From a virus (Duplodnaviria > Caudoviricetes): a stretch of DNA of 64,000 nt. Of this stretch, positions 56,544 to 64,000 are shown in pieces. The notes under the pieces were generated by a model. It was given only the letters and a program-made list of their open reading frames with translations, ran no database searches and had not been told where the DNA came from. The DNA is taken from positions 32,001-96,000 of IMG/VR virus record IMGVR_UViG_3300028887_000079. One strand, given 5' to 3'. Numbering within the stretch: position 1 is the stretch's first letter; every line of letters begins with the position of its first letter. A program made the position numbers and the translations under genes.

Positions 56544-57099
56544 GAATCCAATGGAACACAAGACCAATACAGCACGGCTGCTCAACGCCGGAATCACCAC
56601 GCGCGTTGAAAACCGCTTGAAGGCGGAGAACATCCCCTACGAAAGGATTCACGACTCCATTGCCGTGGCGCCGGAACACTTTGCCATTCTCCAGCGCATT
56701 ACAGATGAAGTGATGCACGAAATGGTCGAGCAGGCTTCCACAGCTACGGACGCGATACGGCAGTCCATTCAAAGAAAACGTGAGCTTGCCGAGAAATGCA
56801 CACGCTACTACCCCGTGATGCAGCGCTGCAAGGGATTCTCTCAGCAGGTGGCAGCAGCGGCAACGATTGAAGGCGCCGTCACCATCAAAGATACGATGGA
56901 ACGCCGCAACCGGTCGGAAGAGTATTTCATCGGTCCGCGGACCATCATATTCAGCGATGAACTGGCAGCCCTTGAATTTGAACCAACCGAATTTGAAAGA
57001 GCGGAGATGGAAAACGAAGCTGCCTACGCTGCCGCGAAATTGAATCAATCTCTCCAAATAGATCCGGAAGAAATGAGGCGCCAAATTGAACAAGGGTGA
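56530..57099 (+). CDS. hypothetical protein
   Basis: operon packing; start uncertain. Confidence 0.6.
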   Translation: MQKSENPMEHKTNTARLLNAGITTRVENRLKAENIPYERIHDSIAVAPEHFAILQRITDEVMHEMVEQASTATDAIRQSIQRKRELAEKCTRYYPVMQRCKGFSQQVAAAATIEGAVTIKDTMERRNRSEEYFIGPRTIIFSDELAALEFEPTEFERAEMENEAAYAAAKLNQSLQIDPEEMRRQIEQG

Positions 57100-57106
57100 G
57101 GCAATT

Positions 57107-57652
57107 ATGAGCGAGCTGACCGTTTACAGAGATCCCAAAGAAGGACCCGCATACCGCGAGTTCTATGAAAAGACTGAAGTGGACAAAATCCTTGCCGAAA
57201 AGGATGCCAAAATAGCAGGCTTTGAGAATGCGCTCCATTGGGACAACAGCGAAGCGCTGATCAATGCGGTCGAGAAAACCAAAAGCCTTGAAGAGGAATT
57301 GGCGAAGGCACGAGACGAAATCAAATCCCTGAAGGCAGAACTCTTTGACAAAACCAAAGTGCAGGTGTTCAGCGTGGTGGACCAACGCATTGACGAACTC
57401 AAGGCCGAGCTAAAGAAAAAGGGCGCCGCAAACCTTCGTCTTGAATGTGAAAAGCGGGATCTGTGGTTGAGATTCGTCCAGCTCCGCCGGGCGCTGTGCC
57501 GCCTTCGCATCGGCTTCGCCCTGCACTTCGGCAGGGTCAATTCAGGAAAGAAGATTATCGACTACTGGAAGCACCGCTGCAAAACGGCGCCCTACTGGGA
57601 CAGCAAAACTTACAATGACATTCCACAAACACCGGTGGAAAAGGAAATTTAG
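57107..57652 (+). CDS. coiled-coil hypothetical protein
   Basis: GAGG RBS. Confidence 0.65.
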   Translation: MSELTVYRDPKEGPAYREFYEKTEVDKILAEKDAKIAGFENALHWDNSEALINAVEKTKSLEEELAKARDEIKSLKAELFDKTKVQVFSVVDQRIDELKAELKKKGAANLRLECEKRDLWLRFVQLRRALCRLRIGFALHFGRVNSGKKIIDYWKHRCKTAPYWDSKTYNDIPQTPVEKEI

Positions 57653-57653
57653 T

Positions 57654-58136
57654 ATGGACATCGGAAGCAACGGTAAGTGGCCCGGTTGCGCATTGAGCAA
57701 CTTCGCTGCACACGAATTTGAAATTGACGGCGTGAAATGCGCATCTATGGAAGGATTCCTCCAGTCGCTCAAGCACAAGAATCCGGACATGCAACGCGAG
57801 ATTTGCAGCTATGTCGGGATCAAGGCGAAGCGTGCCGGCGGAACTCATTGGATGCGGCATCAAAAACTCTACTGGAAAGGCGTAGCGTATGTGCGCACAT
57901 CGCAGGCGTATCAGGACCTGCTTGATCGCGCATACGATGCCCTCTACCAAAACGAAGGGTTCAAAGCTGCCCTTGCGGCAACCGGAAACGCCGAACTCCG
58001 GCACAGCGTTGGAAAACATAAGCAGGGTGAAACCTGCTTGACTACCCAAGAATTTTGCCACCGCCTTAATAAACTCCGTGAACGCCTCAAGCGCGAAACG
58101 GAGGAGGCGCTTGGTATTAAGAAGTTCAAACTTTAA
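57654..58136 (+). CDS. NADAR-family protein (T4 gp30.3-like)
   Basis: ALSNF...FEIDG...SMEGFLQSLK...LYWKG...ALAATG. Confidence 0.75.
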   Translation: MDIGSNGKWPGCALSNFAAHEFEIDGVKCASMEGFLQSLKHKNPDMQREICSYVGIKAKRAGGTHWMRHQKLYWKGVAYVRTSQAYQDLLDRAYDALYQNEGFKAALAATGNAELRHSVGKHKQGETCLTTQEFCHRLNKLRERLKRETEEALGIKKFKL

Positions 58137-58148
58137 GGAGTAATTGAA

Positions 58149-58637
58149 ATGGACGAATTGCGCACACTGCTTACCGCCAAGGGATTCAAAGTCACGGCGG
58201 ATGACACATTCACCAAACTGGAATCGCGCTGCGGCCCGGACTCCAGCACTTCCCGTATGGCAGAATACATCAATGATTGCCGTAACGCCAAGGGATTCAA
58301 GGACTACAAGATTGTGCCCAACGGCAACGGATTTCTCATTGCCACCGACTACGATTACGGCGCTGAAATCGAAAAGTTGGACGAATATGCAAATGCCGCC
58401 ATCAAGGCGGATATTGAAGGCAACTACGCGAACATCCATTTCGATCCGGGGTCTTTCGAGGTCGTGGTTGTAGACGGGAAGCTGGCATTCAAATATGTGA
58501 TGCTTTACAATTCAATGATGTGTGGGTTCGGCGCAAAATCGGAGCATACGGATGAACGCCCGGAACTCGAACGCCGTATCATTGAGTATGCTATGAAGAT
58601 TCTCCCTGAGGAGATCCAACCGAAAAAGGCAGGTTAA
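58149..58637 (+). CDS. hypothetical protein
   Basis: AAGGAG RBS. Confidence 0.7.
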   Translation: MDELRTLLTAKGFKVTADDTFTKLESRCGPDSSTSRMAEYINDCRNAKGFKDYKIVPNGNGFLIATDYDYGAEIEKLDEYANAAIKADIEGNYANIHFDPGSFEVVVVDGKLAFKYVMLYNSMMCGFGAKSEHTDERPELERRIIEYAMKILPEEIQPKKAG

Positions 58638-58638
58638 A

Positions 58639-58908
58639 ATGATTACGCGAAGTGAACTCGCCGCCGCAATGCTGAAAAGCAAAAAGCTCACGCTCGGCAC
58701 CACCGAAAAATTCTATGACCGGGAAACCCAATGCGCCTACTGCGGCGACAAGGGCCAAGTGATTTTCGATCAGGACAATCAGGAACTGGAACGCTATGAA
58801 AACGATTTCTGCGTTGCGGTTCTTCCGGTTGATTCGGTTGAAAGCGCCATTGCTGCGTTGGAAGCGTATGCGGATACCGGAGAACTTCCGGATGAAGAAT
58901 TCGTGTAG
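58639..58908 (+). CDS. hypothetical protein
   Basis: operon packing. Confidence 0.65.
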   Translation: MITRSELAAAMLKSKKLTLGTTEKFYDRETQCAYCGDKGQVIFDQDNQELERYENDFCVAVLPVDSVESAIAALEAYADTGELPDEEFV

Positions 58909-58917
58909 GAGCAGCCA

Positions 58918-59187
58918 ATGGCGTTGGACCACCAAGAAATTTTCGCGATAGCGCATATGCTACAAACCGCCAAGGGCCAAATTCCCTCGGATGAATTTGC
59001 CCAAGGGTTTCTTCAAGGCATTCACTATATGGAGGTTCTCCACGAAATCCGCGTGATGGAAACACCGGATCCGCCCAAACACTCTCCAGCGGCCGAAGCC
59101 CTGATGCGAACGAAGGTCGGACCGGTTGCCCCGGAAAAGAAGAGCCCGATCGGACCTCCGCCACCTCCACCTATGGATGGTCTATGA
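58918..59187 (+). CDS. hypothetical protein
   Basis: AGGAG RBS. Confidence 0.6.
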   Translation: MALDHQEIFAIAHMLQTAKGQIPSDEFAQGFLQGIHYMEVLHEIRVMETPDPPKHSPAAEALMRTKVGPVAPEKKSPIGPPPPPPMDGL

Positions 59188-59620
59188 AATTGATATGGCT
59201 CATTATCGGATATTTCTTTTGGACGCTCGGATGGTTTATCCAGTTAATTGGCGACTGGTGCAATTCGTGGCTCGATTGGATTGAAGAATGGTTGGACTAT
59301 TGCGAAGACCATATCAACAAGGATGACCGATGAAAATCTTTCGCTGTGGCAAATGCCATAAACATTTCCCCGCCGAATACAAGGTGAACAAATGGACTGT
59401 TGGCTGGTGTCCGGAATGCAAGGTCATCCGCAGAATTTACTTCGAGCGTGAAGATTAGCGTGCCATCGCGAATTGATGTTCGTATATTATTCAACAAAGG
59501 AAATCACATGAAGCAGTATTTCGCAAATAATTTCAACTATGAAGCCGAGGCCAGTTCCGAAGCTTCAATTTTGCGTATACTGCAGCGGTGATAAAACTCC
59601 AAGAGAAGTGTGAAGAGAAG

Positions 59621-59648
59621 TCCGCTGCGCAAGCAGCGGATTTTTTTT
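59621..59648 (+). terminator. intrinsic terminator
   Basis: TCCGCTGC GCAA GCAGCGGA + T-run. Confidence 0.8.
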
Positions 59649-59662
59649 ATGCTTTTCAATTC

Positions 59663-59734
59663 GGCACTATAGGCAAGCGGTTACGCCTCCTGAATTTCAC
59701 TCAGGCGACTGCGGTTCGACTCCGCATAGTGCTA
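59663..59734 (+). tRNA. tRNA-Glu(TTC)
   Basis: cloverleaf; loop AUUUCAC (A32). Confidence 0.88.
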
Positions 59735-59739
59735 CTATT

Positions 59740-59812
59740 GGGACGTTAGCTCAGTTGGTAGAGCACCTGTTTTGCAAGCAGGGGGTCAAGGGTTCGAGCC
59801 CCTTACGCTCCA
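59740..59812 (+). tRNA. tRNA-Ala(TGC)
   Basis: cloverleaf, G3:U70. Confidence 0.9.
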
Positions 59813-59817
59813 CGAAC

Positions 59818-59899
59818 GGATAGGTATGCAAGTGGTAAAGCAGGCTGACTGTAAATCAGCTCCCTTCGGGGTTCGCGGGTTCAAATCCTACCCTATCCA
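59818..59899 (+). tRNA. tRNA-Tyr(GTA)
   Basis: cloverleaf with long variable arm. Confidence 0.9.
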
Positions 59900-59907
59900 C
59901 TAAACAT

Positions 59908-59979
59908 TGGATTGTAGCTCAATGGTAGAGCGGTGCGCCGTTAACGCAAGGGTTGCAGGTTCGAGTCCTGCCTTTCCAG
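59908..59979 (+). tRNA. tRNA-Asn(GTT)
   Basis: cloverleaf; loop CCGUUAA (C33); two U-U pairs in acceptor. Confidence 0.8.
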
Positions 59980-59983
59980 CTAT

Positions 59984-60065
59984 GGAAGCGTCCCACAACT
60001 GGTGGTGGAGCGGTCTTGAAAACCGCCGGCCGTAAGGTTTGGGGGTTCGAATCCCTCCGCTTCCG
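59984..60065 (+). tRNA. tRNA-Ser(TGA)
   Basis: cloverleaf, variable arm, G73. Confidence 0.88.
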
Positions 60066-60071
60066 CTACAT

Positions 60072-60158
60072 AGAGGCGTGGCCGAGTGGTCTAAGGCAGC
60101 ACTTTGCTAAAGTGCCGTAGTGAAATACCTACCGCTGGTCCGAATCCAGCCGCCTCTG
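60072..60158 (+). tRNA. tRNA-Ser(GCT)
   Basis: cloverleaf, variable arm, T-loop UCCGAAU. Confidence 0.85.
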
Positions 60159-60162
60159 TCCA

Positions 60163-60193
60163 CGGCGCCACAAGATAGGTTGGCGCCGTTTTT
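60163..60193 (+). terminator. intrinsic terminator after tRNA cluster
   Basis: CGGCGCCA...TGGCGCCG TTTTT. Confidence 0.7.
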
Positions 60194-60748
60194 ATGTCCG
60201 TGTCGGCAGGCGCCCAACAAAGGTATATTTCCAGTATGCCGCATAGTTTCAATGTCATTACAAAGCACGCCGACTTCAAGGAGTATATCGCCCTCAAACA
60301 CCTGGTCCAAATCCAGGGCTACGTTACGGACGTCTACCTCCCTATTGATGACGCATATGACCCCGCGACAAGAACCGGATCCATCTACAATTCGAAGGAC
60401 CACGAATATCGGTATGCGGACAAACCGGACTTCCAAGCCCGCATAGCATACACCGACCCGCAATCCGATATGTTCGATCACGGCGATGTGCAGGAGGTGA
60501 ACTACACCAACATTGCCTACACGCTCAAGCGCACACCGCCTGCAACCGGCGGTCCCGGCCAATACACGCCAAAGCAGGCAGACAAATTCTGCCCCGGCGA
60601 AATCAAGCAGTTCTCCAAATTGTATGTCAACTACGGCGGAATGGATCTTTCGTATTTCGTGCGCGAGATTACAGTTTTGCGCAACCCCAATTCAAAAAAT
60701 GTTGACGCCGAGGCGCTCATCCGCCTTGAACTGGTCATCCACGTTTAA
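60194..60748 (+). CDS. putative neck / head-completion protein (gp14-like)
   Basis: LVQIQGYVTDVYLP..D...IY N-terminal pattern. Confidence 0.35.
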   Translation: MSVSAGAQQRYISSMPHSFNVITKHADFKEYIALKHLVQIQGYVTDVYLPIDDAYDPATRTGSIYNSKDHEYRYADKPDFQARIAYTDPQSDMFDHGDVQEVNYTNIAYTLKRTPPATGGPGQYTPKQADKFCPGEIKQFSKLYVNYGGMDLSYFVREITVLRNPNSKNVDAEALIRLELVIHV

Positions 60749-60760
60749 TTAGGCGATTTA

Positions 60761-60855
60761 TGCGCCGGAAACGCGCATATAAGGCTGTTAAATACAAAAG
60801 GCGCCCATTTACATGGGTGCCTTCTTTTATCGCCTTAAAAGCGCTGTATTGCGCT
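60761..60855. repeat. ~93-bp quasi-palindromic element, copy 6 (inverted)
   Basis: reverse complement matches copy 2: TTTAAGGCGATAAAAGAAGGC...GCCTTT.GTATTT; convergent junction. Confidence 0.8.
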
Positions 60856-61315
60856 AGTCGCCGTAATCCGCCGGGACAATGGATGCAAAATAAATACCTT
60901 CCAGCTCCATTTGATTGTCCGGCATCATTTGCCCAATGCCCGACAGCCCATACGCCATCTTCCCGGCGCCCTTGAGGATCAATTCCTGAGCGGCACGCCC
61001 TTCCGGGGTATTATGCAAGGCAATATCAATACAATCGCCTTGGCTACCGCAAACGCGCACCACATGCCCCGCAATGCCAACGCCGTTCTTGGCAAACGAT
61101 GCCTCGGCGCCATCGCCTGAAATGATGTTGGCGGATGCCTCCCTGCCGGGGAAGCCGATCGTCACGCAGCGCTTGTCTTCGGGACGTTTCATGAATTCAT
61201 CAAACGCCTTCGGCGCAATTTTAAGGTGACGCTTAATCGGTCCGAGAGAAATCTCAACGCGGACACGCTTCGGATTGCGCTTGAAGAGTCCGAAAAACCA
61301 TTTGAAAAACTTCAT
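60854..61315 (-). CDS. degenerate prohead-protease-like protein
   Basis: GH...HNTPEGR...YGLSGIG aligns to SH...DTPMGR...VSSRATG of 35348-36364. Confidence 0.45.
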   Translation of the reverse strand: MKFFKWFFGLFKRNPKRVRVEISLGPIKRHLKIAPKAFDEFMKRPEDKRCVTIGFPGREASANIISGDGAEASFAKNGVGIAGHVVRVCGSQGDCIDIALHNTPEGRAAQELILKGAGKMAYGLSGIGQMMPDNQMELEGIYFASIVPADYGD

Positions 61316-61325
61316 GCGGTCTCCT

Positions 61326-62639
61326 TTAAGTATCGCGCTCGGCGCCGTGAACTACCTTCAAGGTCGGGAAGCGCAGGGAGGTGTTGCCATCCGCGTTTGT
61401 CGTTTCCTCGAAATACTTAACTGTAATGACCTTGCCGACAATGAGCTTCGGATCATTCATCCAAGCGATGCGCTGTTCGCGGGAAAGCCCGGCGCCAACG
61501 CCAACGCGGGTGCCCTTATGCGTAATGAGCAGGCGCGTCACGCCTTCAAATGTCACATTGCCTTGACCGGGAAGGGCGGTGGTCATCGACCCGCACTCAA
61601 CGCCCTCAACGGTGTATTCGGCATCAAAGAACTTCTTGACCTTCAAAAGATCCTTGGTGCGCCCGGACTGGTAGTAGGTGTTCTTGCGAAGCATGAAGCC
61701 TTCCCAGTTGCCTTCGGACACGTAGCCGGACCAACGATCGAAGTCGTCCTGGCTGCGGAGGAGTTCCTGCTTGAGCGGCTTGACATAGCAGCGGTCATGC
61801 GGGAGAGCGGCATATTCCATCGCCAGCTCGGCAAGGCGCTTGAAGCGGACGGACAAGATTTCTTTGGACTTGCCTTCACAGAATTCATCGTAAGTGAGGA
61901 TGTCGAAAACCTGATAGCAGCAATCTTCAATCATGTAGTCCTTGCGGCGAATTTCCTTCATCATCGACTGGAAGTCTTCATCGCCGTTGGCGTCCACCTT
62001 GCAAAGTTCGCCATCGAGAACCCACTTGCCGGAAAGCGGAGCGCAGAAGCGGCTTACGCCGGGCTTGAGATTTTCGAGGGTGGTGAACTCCTTGTTTTGG
62101 CGGGAACGGAATTCAACCGTGCCTTCATCCAAGTCCACGATCGCCACGCAACGAACGCCATCACACTTGCGGCTTGCGAAGTAGGTGCCGTTGACCGGAT
62201 TCACGCCCTTGACTTTTTCGAGATGCTGGGCGAGCGCCACTTCAAACTTTTCGGAGATGCCCAAAACTTCGGCACGCCAAGTCTTCCAGCTAATGCCCAT
62301 CTTGAGATCGCGGTCAAGAACCTGCTTGAGAAGTTCCTGCACCGGGGCATCCTGATACGAAAGGTATTCGGAAATTTCAGTGATGGCCGCATTTCCGGTA
62401 AGGGTGCGGGCAGCAAGGCGTTCGAGAATAGGACGGAAGCCGTCATACCAACCGGAGAACAAATGGTCCGAATGCCTCGGGCCGGCAACGATGTCCTTCG
62501 AGGTTACACCATAGGTGATGCTCGGATCCATTGCATCGGCAACGATTTGGTCGATGAGTGCGCTGTGGTGTTCTTTTGCGTAGGCAACCTTCGCAGCGGT
62601 GCCGGGGATGGAGCGGATTGTTTCAAAGAAATCAGTCAT
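61326..62639 (-). CDS. ATP-dependent DNA ligase
   Basis: SRKCDGVR (KxDG), LDGEL, VFDIL, WEGFMLR, LLKVK, SLRFP. Confidence 0.92.
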   Translation of the reverse strand: MTDFFETIRSIPGTAAKVAYAKEHHSALIDQIVADAMDPSITYGVTSKDIVAGPRHSDHLFSGWYDGFRPILERLAARTLTGNAAITEISEYLSYQDAPVQELLKQVLDRDLKMGISWKTWRAEVLGISEKFEVALAQHLEKVKGVNPVNGTYFASRKCDGVRCVAIVDLDEGTVEFRSRQNKEFTTLENLKPGVSRFCAPLSGKWVLDGELCKVDANGDEDFQSMMKEIRRKDYMIEDCCYQVFDILTYDEFCEGKSKEILSVRFKRLAELAMEYAALPHDRCYVKPLKQELLRSQDDFDRWSGYVSEGNWEGFMLRKNTYYQSGRTKDLLKVKKFFDAEYTVEGVECGSMTTALPGQGNVTFEGVTRLLITHKGTRVGVGAGLSREQRIAWMNDPKLIVGKVITVKYFEETTNADGNTSLRFPTLKVVHGAERDT

Positions 62640-62641
62640 TG

Positions 62642-62794
62642 TTAAACCTCCTTCACTTCAAGGATTTCGTGCTCACACTGATCGAGCCCATACAGTTTTT
62701 TGCATTCTTCTACGGAGCGGACAACACATTCCTGCTCACGGAATTTGCCATCGCGGCAAAGTTCATCGCGGTATTTGAAGCGAACATGAACCAT
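62642..62794 (-). CDS. small hypothetical protein
   Basis: TAATG overlap with upstream gene. Confidence 0.6.
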   Translation of the reverse strand: MVHVRFKYRDELCRDGKFREQECVVRSVEECKKLYGLDQCEHEILEVKEV

Positions 62795-63468
62795 TATGCC
62801 CCCCTTTTGATTACGGCGTATGCCCTGAAATCCTTGCCCTTGCGCCAAGCATCGGCGGCGGCCTTGATGCCGCAAAGAGCGCTTTCATATCTTTCCTTGC
62901 AGGTCCACGGGAGGACGCGGGCGAGGAACAAACCGCGAGGCGTGATCGGGCGCTTAGAACCTGCATTGCTCTTGCGGTCATACCAACCGGCGATGCAAGC
63001 GTCATAAAGCGTGGTGGCATCGGCTCCAGCCTTGACCACATATTCGCGAAGCGTATCTTTTTCATCGGGCTTGCCAATGAGTGTCAGCAAATCAACAGTG
63101 CCTTCGCCATCGGAGGAGGAGCCCTTAGTTACATTGTTCTTATGCTTGGATTCAACGCGGATGTCTGTGCCAGTAAGGCGGCGAAGCTGCGTTGCGACAT
63201 AGGTGGGAAGTGCGGCATCGCCGTTCGGATCCCAGCGGAGGCAGGCGATGCAGAAAATCAAATTCGCGCGTGCTTCCAATTCATCGGCCGACATCGGCGT
63301 GCGGGAGCTGTGGTAATAAACGGCGTAGTCAATAACCTTCTTGCATTGGGCGTAGTAGGCCTCTTTATTTTGTTCCCAACGCTTCCAAACTTCAGGCGAA
63401 ATTTCGGAGAGGTGCTCTTTATAATCATCCCGGTAAAGACCGGTGCTCGGGCGTAATTCAACAACCAT
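62794..63468 (-). CDS. sigma-70-like transcription factor
   Basis: DELEARANLIFCIACLRWDPNGDAALPTYV...LR resembles sigma region 2. Confidence 0.55.
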   Translation of the reverse strand: MVVELRPSTGLYRDDYKEHLSEISPEVWKRWEQNKEAYYAQCKKVIDYAVYYHSSRTPMSADELEARANLIFCIACLRWDPNGDAALPTYVATQLRRLTGTDIRVESKHKNNVTKGSSSDGEGTVDLLTLIGKPDEKDTLREYVVKAGADATTLYDACIAGWYDRKSNAGSKRPITPRGLFLARVLPWTCKERYESALCGIKAAADAWRKGKDFRAYAVIKRGA

Positions 63469-63514
63469 TATTTTTCTTTCCTTGTTACGCGGGCGTCATT
63501 ACCCGCATGATTTT

Positions 63515-63546
63515 AATATAGAAACATTTATTGAAAAAGACACTCC
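63515..63546 (-). promoter_or_regulatory. early promoter GGAGTGTCTTTTTCA-N11-TATATT
   Basis: motif copy upstream of the sigma-like gene. Confidence 0.78.
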
Positions 63547-63634
63547 TTTTCTGTAACTTTTTCGCAAATTTTTGAAGAAAACGGCGCCGGACCTCGCCCG
63601 GTGGTCCGGACTAAAAAGGCGGGAGCATACCCGC

Positions 63635-63844
63635 CTATGAAATTACCCCGATTGCCTTGAGAAATGGCAGCAGCGCCAGCCCCACAAAGGCAAGCGTGGC
63701 GAACCCAATGATGGTCCAACCAATTATGCGATCATTGCGCCGATAATCATCCTCGCACTTCTTGGATGCGTATTCGTAGGCGCCTTCGGTTGTGCCGTGC
63801 TTCTGCGCATATTCACAATAATACCACTCGAACATTTCATTCAT
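63635..63844 (-). CDS. hypothetical membrane protein
   Basis: C-terminal TM segment. Confidence 0.55.
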   Translation of the reverse strand: MNEMFEWYYCEYAQKHGTTEGAYEYASKKCEDDYRRNDRIIGWTIIGFATLAFVGLALLPFLKAIGVIS

Positions 63845-64000
63845 ATCGCTGCCTGCTATTTGGTAGTGGCGCCATCGGGAAGTGTAGTGTATACCTCTTC
63901 GAACTTGCGGGCAAGACCCCAAGCATCGTTCTCGCGCCAAAAGTCAAAGCACAAACCAAGATTCGAAGGGATCGATTCTCCGCGTTCATCAAACAGCGAT

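Noticed and set aside
1-64000. Stop-codon reassignment
   Set aside because: Genes tile densely under code 11 with TAA, TAG and TGA all used as stops; no suppressor tRNA seen

Overview
This 64-kb window is an internal segment of a large lytic myovirus with T4-like morphogenesis genes. It contains no integrase, CRISPR array or reverse transcriptase. Virion genes: portal, prohead protease, major capsid, sheath, tube(s), tape measure, baseplate and tail fibre. Replication and recombination genes: primase, a split Rad50/SbcC with Mre11/SbcD, RuvC-like resolvase, ATP-dependent ligase and HU/IHF. It also encodes two lysins, a sigma-70-like factor, and a scattered 7-deazaguanine DNA-modification pathway (folE, queE, queC, dpdA-like, with ParB-like and PRTase neighbours). 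There are 7 tRNAs and a tmRNA. The most unusual region is a ~3.6-kb, almost protein-free minus-strand array (47.06-50.71 kb) of about 20 back-to-back structured RNAs. Several keep a tRNA acceptor stem plus T-arm but replace the D/anticodon arms with large or aberrant domains, and one has tmRNA/Ala identity (G3:U70, A73) with no evident tag ORF. Other notable signals: a ~93-bp periodic quasi-palindromic element repeated about 6 times, an exactly spaced early-promoter motif (5 copies), a shared N-terminal leader on putative internal head proteins, and degenerate DnaB-like and gp21-like paralogs. All calls come from reading motifs and folding by eye; no database searches or folding programs were run. 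The host is not determined.
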